DNA from: Capsulimonadaceae bacterium | GTDB taxonomy: Bacteria > Armatimonadota > Armatimonadia > Armatimonadales > Capsulimonadaceae | Direction of reading: 5' to 3' | Length of the DNA stretch: 64,000 nucleotides | Assembly (NCBI GenBank): GCA_965215505.1 | Contig: OZ244065.1 | Location: 2,016,001 to 2,080,000 of the forward strand | Shown here: one piece after another, positions 60,286 through 64,000 of the stretch | Layout: every line of letters starts with the position of its first letter | Position numbering within the stretch: the stretch's first letter is position 1 | The notes under the pieces: model-generated | What the model was told of the DNA's origin: nothing | What the model saw: the letters and a program-made list of their open reading frames with translations, nothing else | The model's database searches: none | Translations under genes and position numbers: made by a program

Positions 60286-60965
60286 GCGGTCTCCTTTCGC
60301 GAGATGAGAACGATCTGCCGCAATGTCGGCTCCTCGGCCCCCGGCAAGGCGAAGGCGGCGGGCAGGGCCAGGGTCAGACCCAGCCGCTTGGCGACGGGCC
60401 GGGCCGCCGCCACCTCCTCCGGCACTCCCGCTCCCTTGAATGCGGCGGCTACCCCTCGAGGCGCGAGGAACGGGGCCAGCCACGGCAGCAGGCGCGCAAG
60501 CGGCGCGACCGCGCGGGCCGTCACCAGATCAAACCGGCCCGTCAAGTCATTCTGCCGCGCCGCCTCTTCCGCCCGCGCGTGGAGCGTCTCGACGCCCGCC
60601 AGGCCTAGGTCGTCGGCCACGGCCCGGCAGAATTGCAGCTTTTTCGCCGTGCCGTCCATCAGGGTCAGGTGCAGGTCAGGCCGCGCGATCTTCAGCGCAA
60701 GGCCGGGCAGGCCCGCGCCCGTCCCGACGTCCAGCGCCCGCGCACCGGGCAGCGGCGTCAGCACCGTCAGCAGGGCCAGCGAGTCCAGGAAATGCTTCAC
60801 GGCGACATCGCGCGGCGACGTCAGCCGGGTCAGATTCATCCGCGTCGCGTTCCACTCGGTCAGCAGGTCCGCGTAGCGCGCGAACTGTGCAAGCTGATCC
60901 TCCGACAGACCCAGCCCCCATTCGCCCGCCCCGCGCCGCATGATCTCCGTCAGCGATTCTTCCAC
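60282..60965 (-). CDS. rsmG: 16S rRNA m7G527 methyltransferase
   Basis: WN..MNLT, KHFLDSL, DVGTGAGLPG, TARAVA. Confidence 0.96.
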   Translation of the reverse strand: MEESLTEIMRRGAGEWGLGLSEDQLAQFARYADLLTEWNATRMNLTRLTSPRDVAVKHFLDSLALLTVLTPLPGARALDVGTGAGLPGLALKIARPDLHLTLMDGTAKKLQFCRAVADDLGLAGVETLHARAEEAARQNDLTGRFDLVTARAVAPLARLLPWLAPFLAPRGVAAAFKGAGVPEEVAAARPVAKRLGLTLALPAAFALPGAEEPTLRQIVLISRKETA

Positions 60966-61025
60966 GGTAGCTTAGTTGGCCGTCGCCGGCCCGGTTTCCT
61001 GCGCGCCTTCGCCCGCGACCGGGAC

Positions 61026-61054
61026 GGAACTTTCGCGCGCTCTCGGCGGTTGAA
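61026..61054 (+). promoter_or_regulatory. Putative ECF-type promoter of egtBD
   Basis: GGAACTT-N16-GTTGAA. Confidence 0.45.
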
Positions 61055-61127
61055 CAGCCCAACAGCCGGGTAAACACGCCTCACCAGCCGGGCAGCACGG
61101 GCTGGATTAGAAATCCGAGGACCTTTC

Positions 61128-62390
61128 ATGCCGATCTCCCCGTCGCTGCTCGACCGATACCAGGCCGTCCGCGCCTTCAGCGAAAAGATCTGCGAGCCTC
61201 TTGTTCCCGAGGACTACGTCGTCCAGTCCATGCCCGACGTCAGCCCGGCCAAGTGGCACCTCGCCCATACGAGTTGGTTCTTTGAAACATTCCTGCTCAA
61301 GCCGCACCTCTTAGGTTACAAATCCATCCACCCACAGTACGATTTCCTGTTTAACTCCTACTACAATGCCATCGGCGAGCGACACTGCCGCGTCAGTCGC
61401 GGCCTCTTGTCCCGGCCCACCGTGGACGAAACCTACGCCTACCGCGCCTATGTGGACGCGCACATGGCCTGGCTGCTGACCGAGGCGGACGGGGAGAAAG
61501 TGGCGATTTTGGAGCCGCTGCTGACACTGGGCCTGCATCACGAGCAACAGCACCAGGAGCTGATGGTGACGGACATCAAGAACGTCTTCTTTGAGAACCC
61601 GCTCTGCCCCGTCTACCGCCCGCGCCGTGACGCACCACCGGCGGCAGTTCCGGCTTTGGAGTGGATCGGGTTCGAAGAGGGGGTACGGGAGATTGGCTGG
61701 GACGGGACTGGCTTCGCGTTCGACAATGAGGGACCGCGCCACAAGGAGTATGTCCCAGGCTTCGCCCTCGGCTCACGACTGGTCACAAACGGCGAGTATC
61801 AGGAGTTCATGGAGGACGGCGGGTATGCCAAGCCTGAGTTCTGGCTGTCGGAGGGATGGGGGGTGGTTCAGAAGCAGGGGTGGTCCGCCCCGCTCTGCTG
61901 GTGGAATAAGAACGGCGAGTGGAAAGAGTTCACGCTGGCCGGCATGGGGGCGCTGAACCTGGACGCGCCAGTCTGCCACGTCTCGCTGTTTGAGGCGGAC
62001 GCTTACGCCCGCTGGGCCGGTGCCCGGCTGGCGACTGAGGCCGAGTGGGAGGTCGCGTCGGAAACCGCCCCTCTCTGCGGCAACTTCGCCGAGGGTGGCC
62101 GCTTCCACCCCGCCCCGCTCGGCCCCGCCGATGCGGAGCCGGGAAGACTGCACCAGATGTTCGGCGATGTCTGGGAGTGGACCCGCAGCCAGTACACCCC
62201 CTACCCCGGCTACGCGCCCGCGCCGGGCGCTTTGGGCGAGTACAACGGCAAGTTCATGTGCAACCAGTTCGTCCTGCGCGGCGGCTCCTGCGCCACGTCC
62301 CATCCGCACATGCGCCCCACTTACCGCAACTTCTTCCCGCCGGATGCCCGCTGGCAGTTCACCGGCATTCGGCTAGCAAAGGACCTGTAA
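61128..62390 (+). CDS. egtB: Ergothioneine sulfoxide synthase
   Basis: WHLAHTSWFFE, FNSYY, HHEQQHQEL, FGE-sulfatase domain, YNGKFM. Confidence 0.95.
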   Translation: MPISPSLLDRYQAVRAFSEKICEPLVPEDYVVQSMPDVSPAKWHLAHTSWFFETFLLKPHLLGYKSIHPQYDFLFNSYYNAIGERHCRVSRGLLSRPTVDETYAYRAYVDAHMAWLLTEADGEKVAILEPLLTLGLHHEQQHQELMVTDIKNVFFENPLCPVYRPRRDAPPAAVPALEWIGFEEGVREIGWDGTGFAFDNEGPRHKEYVPGFALGSRLVTNGEYQEFMEDGGYAKPEFWLSEGWGVVQKQGWSAPLCWWNKNGEWKEFTLAGMGALNLDAPVCHVSLFEADAYARWAGARLATEAEWEVASETAPLCGNFAEGGRFHPAPLGPADAEPGRLHQMFGDVWEWTRSQYTPYPGYAPAPGALGEYNGKFMCNQFVLRGGSCATSHPHMRPTYRNFFPPDARWQFTGIRLAKDL

Positions 62391-62395
62391 GACCC

Positions 62396-63361
62396 ATGGC
62401 AACGATGCCCCCCGCACTGATCAATCGTGCGCCCGATCTCGCGACTTTCCGTGCGGAGGTCCTGATGGGCCTCCAGTCATTCGAGAAGACCCTGCCCTGC
62501 AAGTATTTTTATGACCAGCGCGGCTCGCAGCTCTTCGACCGGATATGCGACCTGCCCGAGTATTACCCGACCCGCACCGAGGCGGGCATCATGCGGGACC
62601 ATGTGGGGGAGATGGCCGCCCTCTTCGGCCCCGATTGCCTGCTGATCGAGTACGGCAGCGGCAGCAGCACCAAGACGCGCATCCTGCTGGATCACCTGCC
62701 GCACCTCGCGGGCTATGTCCCCATGGACATCTCGCGCGAACACCTGCACCGGACGGCGGTGGGCCTCGCCGACGCTTATCCGCACCTGGACATCCTGCCG
62801 CTCTGCGCCGACTATACCGCCGAATTCGATCTGCCCGCCGCCGGCCGTCCCGTCCGCTCCCGCGCCGTCTACTTCCCCGGCTCCACCATCGGCAACTTCC
62901 ACCGGGACCAGGCCGAGACGTTCCTCAGCCGGATCGCCCAGGTCTGCCGGTCCGGCGGCGGCCTCCTAATCGGGGTGGATCTGAAGAAGCCCGCGCACAT
63001 CCTGGAACCCGCCTACGACGACGCCCAGGGCGTGACGGCCGCCTTTAACCTGAACCTGCTCCGGCGCATCAACGACGAGTTGGGTGCCGATTTCGACCTC
63101 GAACAGTTCTCCCACCGCGCTTTCTATAACGCCCTCGCCGGCCGCATCGAGATGCACCTGATGAGCCGGTGCCCCCAAACCGTTCATCTGGGCGGTACGA
63201 CCATCGCGTTCGAGGAGGAAGAAACCATTCTGACCGAGTGTTCCTACAAGTACAGCCTGCCCGAGTTCGCCGCATTGGCCTCGGCGGCGGGCTTTGCCGT
63301 CCGCAAGATATGGACCGACCCGGAACAGAGATTCAGCGTTCAGTACCTGACTGTCTGCTAG
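62396..63361 (+). CDS. egtD: L-histidine N-alpha-methyltransferase
   Basis: KYFYD.RGS.LF, EYYPTRTE, GSTIGN, RIEMHL, TECSYK. Confidence 0.95.
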   Translation: MATMPPALINRAPDLATFRAEVLMGLQSFEKTLPCKYFYDQRGSQLFDRICDLPEYYPTRTEAGIMRDHVGEMAALFGPDCLLIEYGSGSSTKTRILLDHLPHLAGYVPMDISREHLHRTAVGLADAYPHLDILPLCADYTAEFDLPAAGRPVRSRAVYFPGSTIGNFHRDQAETFLSRIAQVCRSGGGLLIGVDLKKPAHILEPAYDDAQGVTAAFNLNLLRRINDELGADFDLEQFSHRAFYNALAGRIEMHLMSRCPQTVHLGGTTIAFEEEETILTECSYKYSLPEFAALASAAGFAVRKIWTDPEQRFSVQYLTVC

Positions 63362-63573
63362 TTGCGGGCGTTCGAGTCCTGCTCCAGCAGCACCCACTCA
63401 CGCGGCTCGGCATCCCGCCGGTAGATCGTGAACGTGCGGTCGTCCTGGACGGGCCGGTAGCCCTGCCCGCTCGCCCAGTGTCCCACCTCCTGCCGCGCCT
63501 GCTCTTTGTTCTCAGCACTGCTCGCCGCGAACAGGCGCGCTTTGCTGGCACAAGGCATTTGTAAGACCATCAC
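63358..63573 (-). CDS. Small hypothetical protein
   Basis: 71-aa ORF, purine-rich RBS, 4-nt convergent overlap with egtD; start uncertain. Confidence 0.5.
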   Translation of the reverse strand: MMVLQMPCASKARLFAASSAENKEQARQEVGHWASGQGYRPVQDDRTFTIYRRDAEPREWVLLEQDSNARN

Positions 63574-63665
63574 CTTTCTCTCTTTCTGTAAAGCGCTTCC
63601 CGCCCAAGGGCGGCCACCCGCCAGCGCACGTCATCGGGCGCTCGGGCGGCCGCGGGGGGACCGGG

Positions 63666-63717
63666 ACTACAAGGACCTGGCGGCCTCGGCACTATGAGGA
63701 CCTGGCGGCCTCGGCAC
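63666..63717. repeat. 25-bp tandem duplication
   Basis: ACTA(CA/TG)AGGACCTGGCGGCCTCGGC twice; 21 bp identical. Confidence 0.9.
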
Positions 63718-63898
63718 AGAGCCGCAGTGAACCCTCCACGCGGGGGAGAATTCACTCTGCGGGGCGGCTCCGGTAGGTCATCTCGCCTACATTCTGTATT
63801 ATGCCGCCCGCGCGTTTTCCGCTCACTGCGCGGTTTGCGGGTTTTGCTGCTGGCCGCCTGCGGCCCAAGATTAAGCCCGGAAATGCCACGATCAGGTG

Positions 63899-64000
63899 TC
63901 AGGGGACCGGGAAGATTTTGACGGCGAGAGTGTCCGTCGGCGAGTTGTCGCCGTAGCCGCCTTTGACGTCGTAGAAAAAGAAGTGGATGGGATTGCTCGT
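63899..64000 (-). CDS. C-terminal end of a gene entering from the right
   Basis: Open frame TSNPIHFFFYDVKGGYGDNSPTDTLAVKIFPVP-stop with GC3-rich codons. Confidence 0.6.
   Translation of the reverse strand, partial: TSNPIHFFFYDVKGGYGDNSPTDTLAVKIFPVP

Noticed and set aside
61128-62390. Selenoneine (SenA) or ovothiol (OvoA) assignment
   Set aside because: No senB or selD neighbours, no C-terminal methyltransferase domain; adjacent egtD fits ergothioneine
63666-63760. Possible mini CRISPR array
   Set aside because: Only two adjacent copies 4 nt apart, no spacers, no cas genes

Overview
High-GC bacterial core-genome window, most likely Armatimonadota (inferred from protein style, not verified by search). 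Positions 1-34208 form one minus-strand run: rpoBC, str (rpsL-rpsG-fusA-tuf), the S10, spc and alpha ribosomal clusters, truA-rplM-rpsI, a PfkB kinase and two tat genes. The right half holds gpsA, dnaG-rpoD, an ECF sigma/anti-sigma/RseB-like module, rfbA/rfbC, apt, tpiA, purA, hldD, a GH28 enzyme, a CrtI-family desaturase, rsmG and egtB-egtD. No rRNA, tRNA, CRISPR array or transposase was seen. Best leads: (1) a 316-aa L22 with an N-terminal degenerate copy of the S3 KH domain lacking the GxxG loop, plus a long acidic tail; (2) several apparently leaderless genes; (3) GTAG-type REP elements inside the ribosomal/RNAP operons; (4) a structured ~230-nt leader with a 25-bp tandem repeat near 63.7 kb; (5) a ~280-nt rpsL leader; (6) ECF-type promoter motifs before both the ECF sigma gene and egtB.
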